Shown: positions 63,361 through 64,000 of the stretch, piece after piece
Numbering within the stretch: position 1 is the stretch's first letter
Layout: the number at the start of each line of letters is the position of its first letter
Source of the DNA: Ptychomitrium polyphyllum
Taxonomy: Eukaryota
Assembly: GCA_973851085.1 (NCBI GenBank)
Contig: OZ316776.1
Location: 13,764,001-13,828,000 of the forward strand
Reading direction: 5' to 3'
Length of the DNA: 64,000 nt
Notes under the pieces: generated by a model
Database searches by the model: none
Told to the model about the DNA's origin: nothing
Seen by the model: the letters and a program-made list of their open reading frames with translations, nothing else
Position numbers and translations under genes: made by a program

Positions 63361-64000
63361 TTATTTGATCATGCTTTTTAGGCTTTGTAAAGATCACAAC
63401 TCAAACCCAAACCATAACCACATACTACCATTATAAACCTGCTTACAATTTTGCTCATATTTCCTATTATAAGAGTTCAGTAAATTTGATATTATGAAAT
63501 TATATTGTTAAGGCATTTGCAAAACTATGGTAAAAATTTCATAACCATAGCTACTATAAGCATTGAAAACCATGCTTTTAAAATTCTCACTTCCCACTGC
63601 CACTACTTGTGGACGCCTTCTACTTTACTACTCATAACTTCCTTTTTATAACAAATCTAGACTTGAAAATTTATATATACATTACTGATTATATAGTAAA
63701 TACACCATGAAAACATCAACCTCAAAAGCTCCTTCAATCCTCTCTTATGGCCCAAAATAAACCACTCCAACTCTGTTGTATACAACTCTCAAAGTTCCAA
63801 CTATAATCTTTCTTATATCTTTTATTATATAAGCTTTTTTTCTTCCAAAATTTTACGATATTATTATGAAGTAGTCAAAATAACACCATTCTAATTTCAT
63901 TACCAAATTCCAGTTACAAAAAAAGTTATAAGCACCCAAAGTAGCTGCTCTCTAAAACTCAAGGCAGCTGGCCCAACTTCATTCAAACTAGAACCACAGT

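Overview
Eukaryotic plant DNA, most likely a moss; Physcomitrium patens is inferred from the RLG1-like Tcn1-type Gypsy chromoviruses and a flagellar-type gene. Three host genes: a DNAJC8/Spf31-type J-domain gene (minus strand, runs off the left edge, intronless over the 204 codons seen), a 7-exon DIS3L2/SOV RNase II-family exoribonuclease with a long disordered N-terminus, and a 2-exon SHIPPO (PGPGxY)-repeat gene. A decayed REF6/ELF6-like C2H2 zinc-finger fragment follows them. About 4.6-35.5 kb is a nested island of four Ty3/Gypsy families with resolvable target-site duplications, and a second RLG1-like element lies at 51198-58954. Notable observations: (1) the RLG1-like family has no tRNA PBS but a 12-nt PBS complementary to its own predicted transcript start (Tf1-type self-priming), with a U3/R hairpin conserved in structure in a second family; (2) a hidden 199-codon third ORF overlaps the pol stop (TGATG) and is reconstructable from three copies; (3) two sharply bounded near-identity tracts look like gene conversion. 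All alignments and counts were made by eye; no database searches were run.
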